A stretch of DNA of 64,000 nt from Nymphaea colorata. Lineage: Eukaryota. The notes beneath the pieces are model-generated. The model saw only the letters and a program-made list of their open reading frames with translations, did no database searches and was not told the origin of the DNA. The stretch lies in NCBI RefSeq assembly GCF_008831285.2, contig NC_045138.2, positions 8,060,001-8,124,000 on the forward strand, written 5' to 3'. The translations under genes and the position numbers were made by a program. Shown one piece after another: positions 25,276 to 37,639 of this stretch; positions within the stretch are counted from its first letter, which is position 1, and the number at the start of each line of letters is the position of its first letter.

Positions 25276-25612
25276 CCAGCTTTGAGATGGTTCAATCAGT
25301 ACTCATATCAGATGCCTTTCCTTCACCTGCATATCATCACTGACCTTTACTTCTCTCTTTAGGAGGAAGAAAATAACCAGCTTTGAGATGGTTCGGTCAG
25401 TAGCACTTATATCAGATGCCTTTCCATCACCCGTGTATCGTCACTGGCCTTTACTTCTCTCTTCTCTTTAGGAAGAAGAAAGAAAAAGGAAAGATCCCAA
25501 TGCAAACCCAAGTTAGTTTTTTTTTGTTTTTAATACTTTTTGTGACATAAGGAAAGATCCCAATGCAATCCAAGTTAGTTGTTTTTTTTTTTTTTAATAC
25601 TTTTGTGACATG
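25276..25612. repeat. Two adjacent tandem duplications (~100 bp x2, then ~63 bp x2)
   Basis: CCAGCTTTGAGATGGTTC...ATATCAGATGCCTTTCC...CCTTTACTTCTCTC twice; GGAAAGATCCCAATGCAA...CCAAGTTAGTT...TAATACTTTT..GTGACAT twice. Confidence 0.85.
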
Positions 25613-25764
25613 ACGGTTGTTCCCCTCTAATGTGGGAGTCTCTAGATCTTTTTTTTGGAAAGTCAATTCCTTATTGGGAGTCCACCTTTTGTTGTCATAA
25701 TCCAGAAGCAGTCCCATCATTTGTTTTTTTGGACATGAGTCTGCTTTTTAAGAGGTCATATGAT

Positions 25765-26073
25765 CGGGTGGGGATGAATATTTGGGCTTGAAATTACCAA
25801 ACAGCCCTGATCTCGGTACCGGGCCTGATAACAAATGAAAATGTTTTTTATTTTATTAAAAATATATATTTTATATTCAAAAATTTATTTTATATTTAAA
25901 AATATTTTTTTACTGTCAGGCTTGAGCTTGGGTTCCGAGCATGGGCACATTCCGAGCGAGCACAAGCCCAAGCTCAGGTTTCAAACATCGGGTCGTCTCA
26001 TTACTTGAGTTTCGTACATCAGGCAGCCCTAGACCCGCGTCTTATTGGGCCAGGCCGATGTCCACTCTACCTG
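25765..26073. mobile_element. Degenerate hAT-type MITE
   Basis: GGGCTTG/CAAGCCC/GGGCC subterminal motifs around an AT-rich core, same architecture as 28140-28520; TIRs poorly preserved. Confidence 0.4.
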
Positions 26074-26466
26074 ACAAAAAAAAAAAAAAAAACTAGTCCT
26101 TTAAATGAACATAAAATACACATTTTTTCTCAGCGATGGAAACAGTACTCCTCAGTCCTCCCTCTCAAAAGTTAAACACGACAGCTAGTGTTAGGTGCCG
26201 AACACACGGGCCACTTTACCATTTTTACTAATAGTTGTTCAATATTGAGACTCAGTGGTAAGTGAACAGAGAGATAAGAATAGTTTTTTTTTTCTATATC
26301 CCTCAGTGTAAAGGGAAGCAATGATCACCAAAAGAGTGAATTCCATCTCAGTCACAGCAAAAAGAATCCACTCACATACACCTTTTAATTACAAAAATTT
26401 GTGCCGCTTGACACCAGATCATTGGCAGAGATTGCTGGTATTGAGGACATATGCACAGTTATAATA

Positions 26467-26642
26467 AGGAGCGGAGCTAAAAGCTTTTAGATAAGGGACA
26501 CTAGTAATAACTTTGAAAATTTTAAGAGGCATCAACATATAAATAAGAAAAAATGTCATATGGTATCAATGTAAAATAAGTATTTTTTGTGGTTGAGTGT
26601 AGGCAATTGCCCACATTGTTGTCCACAGCTGCTTCCGGCCCT
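26467..26642. mobile_element. Possible Harbinger-like MITE
   Basis: Ends AGGAGCGGAGC ... GCTTCCGGCCCT form an imperfect inverted pair. Confidence 0.35.
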
Positions 26643-27004
26643 GATTATAACCATGGATAATATGGGCATATAGAATGCCATGCATCTCCCAGCTTCCTTT
26701 CTACTAAAATATTGCATTGAATTTTCACGTGGTTCAACTAAAAGGATAATTAACTGGAAAGCCCAAATTTTTATGATCATGAGCAATGAGCAAAACTTCG
26801 GCCTATATGGTCAAGAAATTTTTGAAAAATTGCGACCGCTCCTTTGTGAATTTACTCGAAATAAAAGTAAGCCCGTAAATGGCAATGGTAAATTCTCCCT
26901 TTCTTTCTATTTAATATGGAATAACTCAATTACCATTTTCTTAACCGTTGTAAACAATACATTTCGGTGCAAATTGGCTGGCAGAAGCAATAATACATTC
27001 ATAC

Positions 27005-27421
27005 TAGGGATGTAAAACGAGTTTAGCCAACTTAAGCTCGATTCAAACTCTCATGTATAAACTCGACTGGAGTTCACTTCCTTAAACAAACAAATTGAGC
27101 TCGAGTTTGAGTTAAAACTAGAGTTATAAATGAGTCGAGTTCAAGATACACAAGCTCGACTGTTTTAAACTTGACTTGGCTCATGTCTTTCTTGTCCCTT
27201 AATGTTTAAGGGCATGCTGACAATTATTTATGAATTTTAACACCTTTTTTTGCTTTTATTCGCTTAAAAAAGAAATATAAGAATCAAGTGACATGATGTT
27301 AATTAAACAAGTCCAACTCGAGATCGAAATCAGTTTACTGAATCAAGTTCGAGCTCGTCTCAAAGGTATAAGTCAAGAACGTGACTTGAGTTGAACTCGA
27401 GATCAGCCCACTCATTGTACA
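27005..27421. mobile_element. Degenerate hAT-type MITE with CTCGA/TCGAG subterminal repeats
   Basis: Starts TAGGGATGTAAAACGAG and ends CTCATTGTACAT; many AGCTCGA/ACTCGA motifs near both ends. Confidence 0.55.
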
Positions 27422-28139
27422 TTTTGGATCGGTACTGCGGGATGGCCATTAATAAATGTGGCTGATCAGCACATGCAAAGAAGCCGCAAGCGGTATGAGG
27501 AGTAGACAAATGTCAAAGGGACAAGGGAATCCCTTGGCGTCGGTACAGAATCCGCTGAGAAGTACTGCTTGACACGTAACATTAATGAACTTATATCATT
27601 TTGGCCATGTCTAATTATAAAGGTTATAAGAAACATTAATCAGGCTTCGTACACCTGGGCAGGTTCCTTTATTATTATTATTATTTAAAAAAAAAAACAC
27701 TAATTGGAAGAACGTAGAATTCTTATACCTCGGTATGTCATAAATTGGAAGACTATGGCCTGCCTAACCCCACCTACCTTTGAAAGAGATCTAGAGAGAG
27801 AACGAAAGGAATATAATGGTGTTGGTGCGACCAAATTACTTAGGTGGGTTTAATTGATTGAGCATTGACCGGATGCAGCAGATATTGAGTTGGCTCGTAG
27901 ACATTCAAACGGATTGGCGTGCAATTTAAAAGGATCAAGCAGGGTCAAGTATAAAGATGGATAGTTCTCACTGGCTCAATTCGTATTGGGATAACCAAAG
28001 GCAACCAGAAGGATAAGTTAATCAAGCCTCCCTCCGCAATTAAGGATCTAAGATAAGATATATCTTAACTAATTGAACATCAAATTAAAACTCTTCGTTT
28101 GTCTTTTCTCTCAAATTTTGGCATATTAAAATTCAACAG

Positions 28140-28520
28140 TAAGCATGAGCACCAGGCCAGGTACTCGATGGGTGTCAGGTATCCGAACCGACTCAAGCTC
28201 AGACTCGAGCTTAGAAATTGAGCATCGAGCCAGCCTAATAAGTTGTTAGGCCGGCCCGGGTGGGCTTGAATCAGTCCGATTAAACATGATAATTGATATT
28301 TAATAAATTTATTATTATTTTTATATAATTATATATATTTTATTATGATTAAATTATATCTATATGTTATTTTATATTAAAAATATATTTTAAATATTAA
28401 TCGGGCCAAGCCCAAGCTCGGGTTTAGATTGTCAGGCTGAGCTCAGGCCGCAGTTATAGACTGTGGTCCGGCCTGAGCTGGACTCCTTATAGGGTTGGGC
28501 CAGCCCAATGCCCAGGCTTA
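28140..28520. mobile_element. Non-autonomous hAT element (MITE) with 8-bp TSD
   Basis: TIRs TAAGCATGAGCA / TGCCCAGGCTTA (10/12). Flanks TTCAACAG (28132-28139) and TTCAAAAG (28521-28528). GGGCC/AGCCC subterminal motifs, AT-rich core. Confidence 0.8.
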
Positions 28521-29271
28521 TTCAAAAGGCCAACTAGCTAGACAATAGATAGTGTTGCTTGATGCATCGGAGTTCATGGCTTATAGAAGTGACACTGTAT
28601 TTCTTGGTGAAAAGAAAAGAAACTGACAAATTGCAGTTGATTAATTATGAGCTTCAACTTGACATAATGTCTTTGTTATGCTTCAACTTGCATAACAGTA
28701 TCTTCCATTTTGCAACACAAAAGATTGACCCCTTAAAAATTTGAATCAGAGTCTAGCTAGCTCATGCCTTATCCATTACCCAAACCCTGTCAGGAATGGC
28801 CACTACGAGACCACAAAGATTAAATTTAACTTTTTAGTTTATGCAATTTCATCTTTTTAGAAAAAAATATTGCTTTTTGAACTTTCCAATTGAATACTTT
28901 TATTCGAGGGGCATTTTCATCTTTTGGTCCCTAAGATTGAGTTGAACCTGCAGTACCCGTAGATTCAATCTGCATTGCCTTTTGTGCACCTTGACCAACT
29001 AGTCTTACTATCCTAGTCTACCCAGAATGGCCTCAACTACGCCACCTTCGTGCATATAATTTCATGCTCCATTTTTAACTATGACAAAAAATCTCGTTCT
29101 TAATACAAAAAAAAAAAAAAACTTTTTGTATGAATAAAAATAGAAACCACCAAAAAAAAGATTTGGGGATTTGATAAAGGAGAAATTTGTTAGTCTGTAT
29201 ATTTATATCGTTATAACTAATATACCCCTTTAAACAGTAAGAAAATGTTTTCGTTTTTTTGTCTCGCTTAG

Positions 29272-29735
29272 AGCGTTAGCTCATTATCTCACAAATATTT
29301 TATTATATTATACTTATGTTTAGTATTATCTCATACATCTATCCATTATCTCATAAATATTTTATTATCTCATAAACATTATCTCATACTTATTGTTTAA
29401 CGTTATTTCAAGCATCCGTCCATGATCTCACTATCTCATAATTTTTTTGTTATCTCATAAACAGTATCCCGTACTTATGTTGGCATTAGCTTGTACATTC
29501 GTCAATTTATTCTCATTATCTCATAAATATTTTATTATTTTATAAATATTATCTGATACTTATGTTTAGCGTTATCTCATCCATTCGTCCGTTATTTCAT
29601 TATCTCACAAAGCTTTTGTTATTTCATAAATATTATCTCATACTTATGTTTGGTGTTATCTCATACATTCATCAGTTCATTATTTTATCAATTTTTTTTA
29701 TTTTATAAACATTATCTCATACTTGTTTGTTATTG
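29272..29735. repeat. Minisatellite built on TTATCTCA(TA); ~6 degenerate higher-order units of ~60-85 bp
   Basis: About a dozen TTATCTCA cores; recurring unit ...ATTATCTCATAAATATTTT...ATTATCTCATACTTATGTTTAGCGTTATCTCAT..ATTCGTCC. Confidence 0.85.
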
Positions 29736-30606
29736 TATATATTTGTTTCACGCACATTCATATACAATGTTTGGGCATGAAGTAAATATACATATTGTTA
29801 GTAGTCTCCTAAATAGGCTCGTTGCGTACTACGTAACTCAGCAAGAAGACAAAAGCGTCCCTTAAGAGGTGTTTAGAAAAGGCCCCGTATAAAGACAACA
29901 TAGTAATTTAAAAAGTTGCCTTTTGATATGTTCCCATTTTGTGCCTTTAAGGACGTAAGTCGTGGTAGTGTGTTCGGCCCGAACAACCACGACCATCTCG
30001 TGACAGGACCCGTTAGAACTCATACGGCGGCATTAATTCGAACGAGTGTCTCATTTCAATGCGGCCTTATGTTAGAACTTGCACTAAAAGAACCAATCAG
30101 TTATCAAAATCTTTAAGTAGATAACATCTTCATCTATTTAAAATAATGTCTTCATCTCTGACCTTATTACTGATGTCCATTTGCTCATAGATCACACGGC
30201 AGAGCTTCTCAATATGTATATACGGCAAATGTAACTTGAATCTCTCTATCGTCAAGAGTCTTAGCTTTTCCTTTATTTGTTTTGTTGTGGGTCCTTTGGT
30301 CCTTTTGGTAAAAGAAGCACTTTGTAACTATTACATGAGTAGAGATTGGTTTATAAAACACTTGTTCATAAACAAACTCAAAGATATTTATCAAATAGTA
30401 ACAAACTGTTTTCATTGTTCAAGGACTTTTTATTACAGATTCTTTCAATACGTAATAGTCCTGATCTTACATTTTGACATCAAGGGTTTATGTACGATAT
30501 GTCTACTGCTTAAAGGAAGTTAATTAACTTGAAAAGTAAAACGCTGTCCCTTAACATAATTGTCCAACTGTTTGTCTAATTCAACTTGCCAATACCAATT
30601 AAAAGA

Positions 30607-30780
30607 GAAATTGAATTCAACCGGCTGCTAGATGTTGCCGAATGGAAAAGTTCTAGAAAACAATCTTCAAAAGCACATTGTAACAGTTTATGATATGGTT
30701 ATAGTTTAAGGTGTATTTGGTGTCGGTTTAAATATTTAGTCATCTAGCAACATTCGATAAATGGTAGAATTCAATTTTCC
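30607..30780. mobile_element. Possible small MITE
   Basis: Inverted pair GAAATTGAATTCAACC...GCTAGATG / CATCTAGC...GGTAGAATTCAATTTTC. Confidence 0.4.
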
Positions 30781-32004
30781 TAAACTAAAGAACAACTTCT
30801 TCTGTTGCAATGTATGGAGACTTTTTTTTATCTTCTCCATGAACTTGACGTGAGGCAAGAAGGATCGCTTAGGTCAAAATTATATGGATGTTTAAGTCTA
30901 GAGTGGAGGGTATAACCTTGCGTTGTGGGTTGCCCTTTGCCTCGTTGCCTTGTCGGATATTAAAGCAGCCTCGGACTGATCAACCATGTGCCGATGAAGG
31001 CCGGAAAGGAAACAGTGAGAAGGTAGTGATGGCCACTATTCTTCTCCTGTCATCTCTCTCTCACCGCCTCTTCTTCACATCAAGGCATATCTCTCTCTCT
31101 TTCTCTCTTCTGATAAGGACGACACAGTAATGCCAGCCTACATATCTAGATGGCCTGCAAGTTGAGTTTGAATACATGCACAATATAATATACATAATAC
31201 CATGCTTTATCGCCTATATATATATCCGTCAAAGCCATTGTCAACCATGGAAAAAGCTTGCCAATATCTCAAAATGAAACTCAAGCAATTATCAGGAGAA
31301 GGAAACTGAATCCTCAACCTATATAATTTGATAACATACATGAAACTCTTTCGAGTCGCTCTCTCCATGATGGCGATGCCAGCTTAATTTCCTTTGTTGC
31401 TTCTCACATCACACAATCAGTTCTGCGGGAAAAAGGCGAAGGTGGGAGTGGCTAATTAGCCACTTAGAGTCACTGTTCTGACCGACCGAGCCATGGCTGC
31501 CCTCTCCAGTCAATTGCCTGGTCCCGCACACCTGCCCGACCCCCTCCATTGATAAGGTTCCATCACCCCCAGCTGCCCCTCTGTAACAAAAAGACAAGGT
31601 CGTTCAACAGTACTTAGACGGCGACCTTGGGGTGAAGGAAGGAACTAGTCTGGGACCAATGAGTTGGTTCAGGCGGTCGTTCAGACCCATGCATTTATTG
31701 GCGTAAGATCGGAATCCGATCTGTTTGGGCTGGCATTTTTTAATGGGCCAAAACGACACATGAAAATTACTGTTTTAACTAAAGCATTCGTCCAAATATA
31801 TAGAGAAAGAGAGAGAGAGAGAGAGAAAGAGAAAGAGAGCCGATAAAATGGGAATATATAACAAAATTTGGGGACAAGAGGTCCCTTAAATACAAAAACA
31901 ATCCGCAAAGAACAAAATTACGCAAAAAACACAAGCAGGAGGAACAAATAAACAATACAATGCACAGAAAAATAGGAGAGAAGAGGAAAGACGAAACGAC
32001 ACAA

Positions 32005-35000
32005 TCACCCAACCGCAGTCAGGCGGCGGCGCTTTAACCGAATGGCGAACTGGATATCCCCTTGCACAAGACGAGCCACAGAATCTGGTGAAGAAAATGT
32101 GCCCCTGAAGACCCTGTTGTTGCGCTCCACCCAAATGCGCCACCAAGCTGAAATGAGCCACGGCCTCCAGACATGACCCCAGGAAGCAGTCAGGTGGGGG
32201 GGAAGGACTTACTAATAAGGGAAGGCCAAGTAGAAGCAAGGACACTAGAGCAAAAAGGGCAAGAAGTAAAAAGGTGGACCCGAGACTCAGTCGCAACAAG
32301 ACATAGGGGACACTGGTTAGCCAAACTGATGCCAAGGCGCTGTAGGTGATCAAAAGTGTTGATATGGCCAGTCAGAAGAAGCCAAACAAAAGCAATGGCT
32401 CGAGGAGAAGGGCCAGGAGACCAAAGAGACCGGGAGGAGTGACGCGACAGAGGGACCAAAGGAGGCCAGGTAGCAAGAAGAAAAAGTGAACTCACGGGTA
32501 GGTGAAAGGGGTCAGGATGGGGAAGTGAACGATGAGAGGTCAGCAAGGCGGAGAAAAAGAAGAAGGACAGAAAGCATGTCGGACCAAAAGTGAGAAGGGG
32601 AGATGTGAGATATAGAACTATGCCAGACGGTAGGGGAAGGCAGGTCGAATTTTGAACTAATGAATTGGGTGATGGGAGAATGTTCAGTAGCTAACCGCCA
32701 CCACCAAGAACACAGGGAAGACTCGCAAGCCCGACTAAGGTTGGTAACCCCAGCACCCCCAAGAAGACGCGGAAAGGCAACCACATCCCAATGCGCAAGG
32801 TGATCTGAAGGTCGATCACCATCCCAAACAAACTTACGAATAAGCTTATCAAACTTACGCAAGACAGCCACAGGAGGCCGAAAGACAGACAAAGCATGGA
32901 GAGGAACTGACGCAAGGCAGTGCTTAGCCAAAGTAATCCGACCTGGAAGAGAAAGCAGCTTTCCCTGCCAACACTGAAGGCGATCCGTAAGCTTCTGCTC
33001 CACCCCATTCCAAAAAGAAGGAGCAGGAGGCGACAACGTAATCTGAAGCCCCAGATAATCCATGGGCAGGCTAGTAGCCTTACACCCAAAGCAAGCTTCC
33101 GCGAGAAGTACCGTGGCCGGATCCGCGTGAATGAAGGAAAGGTGACACTTGGCGGAATTGATAGAAAGACCTGAGATGAGCTCAAAGACCCGAAGGATGA
33201 GCCACGTTCTCACAACCTGCTGGCGAGAAGCACTGCCGAACAGGAGAAAATCATCAGCATACTGAAGGGTGGAGAAGGACGGTAAGTGGGGGAGCGAATG
33301 GGGTGTGAGGAAGCCAACGACCGTTGCGTGATGGAAAAGCGCAGAAAAGCTCTCAGCAACAAAGTTGAAAAGCAAGGGCGATAACGGGCAACCTTGACGG
33401 AGGCCACGCTCGAGACAGAAGAAATCACCACACTTTCCATTGAAGGAAACCGCAAGCTGGGCCCCAGTGACAAGCGACATGATCCACTGCCTAAACGAAT
33501 GACCAAATGCAAGACGGGTGAGGAGGTCAGAAAGGAACTCTCAACTAACCGAGTCAAAAGCCTTAGAGATATCCAACTTCAAGATGAATGAAGGTAGCCG
33601 TAGACAGTAAAGGGAGTGAACAACCTCATTGGCTAGGACAACCGCATCCTGCAGACGCCGACCCTTGACGAAAGCAACCTGGAAGAGGTTAATGACTGAA
33701 GGCATGACAGGCGCAAGCCGCATAGAGAGCAACTTAGCAATAATCTTGTACGGCGTGCCAAGGATGGAGATCGGGCGAAAGTGGGTGACGTCCATAGGGT
33801 TAGGACGCTTAGGCACCAGGACGCAGGTAGCTTGATTGAATTCCTTGAGGAAAACAGAATTGGAGGCGAACTCATCACAAAACGCAAACACATCCGCGCT
33901 ACAAACCTCCCAAAAAGTACAAAAAAATTCGACTGGGAAACCATCAATGCCGGGCGCCTTACCCGAGCCAAGGGCCCAGACCGCGTTCTTGATCTCTTGG
34001 TGTTGGAAGGACCGCTCAAGAGCGATCGCACAAGAGACAGAGAGAGAGGAGAGGTGAAAATCCGGCAGCGTGGCACGGAAGCGAAGAGGTTTAGAGTAGA
34101 AATCCTTGAAATGAGCGCTCAGGGCCGGGAGGATGTCATCACCAAGAAAAATCCTGCCTCCGATACCCATGGACTGGAGCAACGTCTGACGGCGCCTCTG
34201 AGAGGCGGCCAAGTGGAAGAATCTAGAGTTCTGGTCCCCATGCGCGAGCCAACCCAGCCTAGAGCGTTGCTGCCAATGGATAGACTCCCTAATCCGCCAC
34301 TCCAGGGCAAGACACTGCAGACAAAGGAGACAAGAAGACTGATCCGCAGAAATATTATCAGAGGCCTGAAGGGACATGATCTCCTCATCCCAAACGACCA
34401 CATCCAAAAATTTGCTGCTCCAGAAAATGCGCTTCCAGGCGAGCGCCTCCCTCCTGATGGAGTGCAACTTCCGTGAGAGCCTGAAAGCAGCCCACCTACC
34501 ATTGACTGCACGAGCCCACCAATTAGGGACGGTAGCTACAAAGGATTCATCACGGAGCCACCAAATCTCAAAACGAAACCTGGCGTGCCCGATACCAGCC
34601 CTACCCCGAAGAAGGGAAAAGAGCAGCGGAGCATGATCGGACAAGTGCCTCGGGCCAAGAACCAAGGAGGATGAAGGAAAAGCAGAGAACAACTCAGGCG
34701 AGAGGAAGATACGGTCCAACCTACGATGGATCGGAGGGTTCCTATTATTAGACCAAGTAAACGTACCGTTAGTCGAAGGCACGTCAAAAAGACCAAACTC
34801 ATCAACGAAAGATCGAAAAGCAGACATAGACGGGCCAGAAGTGACAGGGGAGGAAGAGTCAGCAGGGCTAAGCAAACAGTTGAAGTCTCCGACCAGAAAC
34901 CAAGGGGAAGCTGCAAGCTGGCGAACCTGTTGCAGCTCAGCCCACAGTTGCCCACGCAAAGCCCCAACGCAAGGGCCATAAACCGCAGTAACCAAGACCG

Positions 35001-35298
35001 GACCATTAGGCCAAAATCCACTGAGAGAAGCAGAGATAGAGTACCTTTCGACATGCACAACAGCCCCCGTAAGGGGTGGAGACCAAGCCAGCAGGATGCC
35101 GCCCGCTGCTCCACAAGCTGGAAGGAACCCAAAGGACGGTTTGCGCAACAAAGTACGAACACAAGCATGAGAGATGACAGACATCTTGGTCTCAACCACA
35201 AAAAGCACCGAAGGCCCATGCTGACGGATCCAAGAAGAGAGATACCTACGCCGATAACGGGCACTGAAGCCCCGCACATTCCAACATGCAACCCTCAT
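32005..35298 (-). pseudogene. LINE ORF2 (endonuclease-reverse transcriptase), disrupted
   Basis: WNVRG, ETK, GDFN, RLDR and SDH (APE); KAPGIDG, FRPIS, KLDISKAFD, GLRQGCPLSP and QYADD (RT); CPLC...HLFTSC (zf-RVT); WWRIWVERNNRVF near the C-terminus. In-frame TGA at 33543-33541 (expected TGG) and two frameshifts near 32530 and 32200. No RNase H seen. Confidence 0.93.
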
Positions 35299-36760
35299 GG
35301 GGAAACCACGTGAAGCGACGAATGTCTGGCCGCCCTGGCGGCACCAGGAGGGAGGACGGAGGCTGCAGAAGCCCCAATCCTACGCAACTCCCACCGCAAC
35401 CTGGCCAGGCTGGAGCGGGAGACCGGTGCCACAGCGGCAGCAAAAGAGGAACACAACAAATCAAATTGCTCAGGCGAAAGAGAGACCTTAAGAGCGTCAA
35501 GCGCATCCGGGAGGGAGATGCCCAACTCAACATCCAACAAGGGGGCAACAGGTGGCAACCTATCGGGCAGGGAGTGACGACCCACAGGACTCGTGGTGGG
35601 GCCAGACAACTGAACAGGGGAGGACGATGGGGTAGAGGTGAACTCAGACTCAGACCGTAGGGCAGGGGAAAAAGAGCCAACATAAGGGATGCGGGAGAGG
35701 CCAGGGCTAACCGGTGGGAGAGGCAGGTAGGTGGGGTTTAGAGGCGAGCAGCGACTGAGTCTAGGGAGCAGAAAATGCAAGGAAGGCTAGTAAGAACTAA
35801 AGCTACTGTCAAAATAAACAGAAAAAACCCAAGGCAGATAGGCAAAGGAGGAGGTCCTGGGTGTAAGGGGGGGCATAGAGGGCCAGTAACCAAGGTAAAG
35901 AGCAACGTACAGGCAACGGAGGGAGAACGACTCACTGGGGGTGCCGAGACGCCAGAGGCCAAGACAACGCAGGCCGCAGTCAGACGAGAGCGAGCAACAA
36001 CAGCAGCCTCAAGGGGAAGACCCTCCGACGACGGGCGGGCAACCGAAAGAGACGGTGCGGACGACCGGACGTCGCCAAGGTCAGACTGAGCAGCAACCAG
36101 CAATGGGTCGGGGCAGCCCGAGGTGGACTCGCGTGGAGCCCCAGCTCGCAAAGCAGGAAAAGGAAAGGGCGAGCAGGGTACCTCAGAGGAGCATGGCAGA
36201 GAGCAGGCTAGACTCCTTCGCTGAGGAGAGGCTGGCGCCCGCGGTGAGGGAAGCAAGGGCGGAAGCTGAGAAGGCGGCAGCTCTACCACCGAAGAGCACT
36301 GGTGCGGCAGATCACCTGGCCTGAAAACCTGCGGAACCTGTACCGAAAAAGGAGGACCCCGCGTTCCAGGACAAGTAGGCCCAGGCCAAGGAAGTCTGAT
36401 AGAGCCAAAGAACATAGAGCTCTCGCCCAAAGAAGGTGACCGCTGAACAACTTGCGGAGGAACCTGGACCAAGAAGGAAGCAGTGACCGCTGCAAAACCA
36501 TGCCGTCGAGCAAAAAGGCGACGATCATTCTGACGAGCAGGAAAGCGACATCGAGAACACGTGACAGCCCGGCGGCCGTTCAAGGAAGCACACCTCTGAC
36601 ACCACCACTGGCCCCATCTGACGCGGATAGAAGCAACAGACCGGAGAAGGTGACGAAGCCTGGAAGCACGCCGAGAAGAGGGGACACACCACGGTGAGGG
36701 GGCTGGCCTACCAACGGAGACCACCTTGGGGAGCCTCGGCCGCAAGGAACAGTCGCCCAT
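35295..36760 (-). CDS. LINE ORF1, Pro/Ser/Arg-rich with RanBP2-type zinc finger; split into two frames (36760-35738 and 35786-35295)
   Basis: WWCQRCASLNGRRAVTCSRC fits W-x-C-x2-C-x3-N-x6-C-x2-C. The C-terminal ARLRWELRRIG resembles the RELxxL end motif of plant L1 ORF1s. The stop overlaps the ORF2 ATG (ATGA). Confidence 0.7.
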
Positions 36761-37599
36761 CTGCAGAAGGAGAAAACAACAACGCGCTGGCGAGAGGAAG
36801 GCCTGGAGGAGCCCGCGAGCATCTTTCAGCTGAAGTGTGCCGGCGAAAATGCAATTGAAGATAGTAGACTGCCAACTGAAAGACAATGCCTGCGATTAAC
36901 GAACCCCCTCAGGCGAGCAAAGAAAACCGATCGTCGCACGACAAAGCAAGCGATTAAGAGGGAAGGGGTTACCCGGCCTGATACCACAAAGACTAGGACC
37001 CCCAACCCAAACCCCCGAGGGCGGCCGCAAAGGCGGGGGAGGAGGAAGGGCTGCCATGACACCCCCCACAGTGCAAGAGTAAAGAAAAAAGGAACCTGTT
37101 TTCACACGCAATTCAACAAACAGTTACAGTGCACCTCGCTCAAGGTGTAGGGAGAGACGTCCCACGGCTTCAGCGCTCTCCAAGCGACAGAGAGGGCAGG
37201 GGGAAGAGCTGCATTGCTCGGGGAAAGGGGGGGACAATGCCGTGCGGCCCCAGACGGACGGCGAAGACGTGCGAGCCGGCGATGGGGGCAGACAGAGAGA
37301 AGGGCGGGCGGTGGGGCCGACGGGAGATAGAGAGGGCGAGTGGGGCCGGACGAGCGGGTGGTGGGGGCAGACGGAGAGACGGGTGGGCGGTGTGGTCGAC
37401 GGGAGAAAGAGAGAGCGAGTGGGGAGTAGGGGGAAGAGTTGGACGAGCAGGAGGACGGTCGGCGAGGACAGGCGGGCGAGAGAGGAGAGTGAGTGGTCGG
37501 GCGGGCGAGAGATGAGGGCGGTCGGGCGGCGAGGACGGGCGGTCGGTAGGCGAGGACGGGACGGGCGGCTTGGACGGGCGGGACGGGCGGGGCGGTCGG

Positions 37600-37639
<40 letters not shown>

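Noticed and set aside
29272..29735. Repeat array as a possible CRISPR
   Set aside because: Eukaryotic context, degenerate tandem units without unique spacers, no cas genes.
33781..36697. Several long plus-strand ORFs (e.g. 33781-34476, 34726-35313, 35941-36324)
   Set aside because: Antisense shadows of the GC-rich LINE ORFs, with no recognisable motifs.
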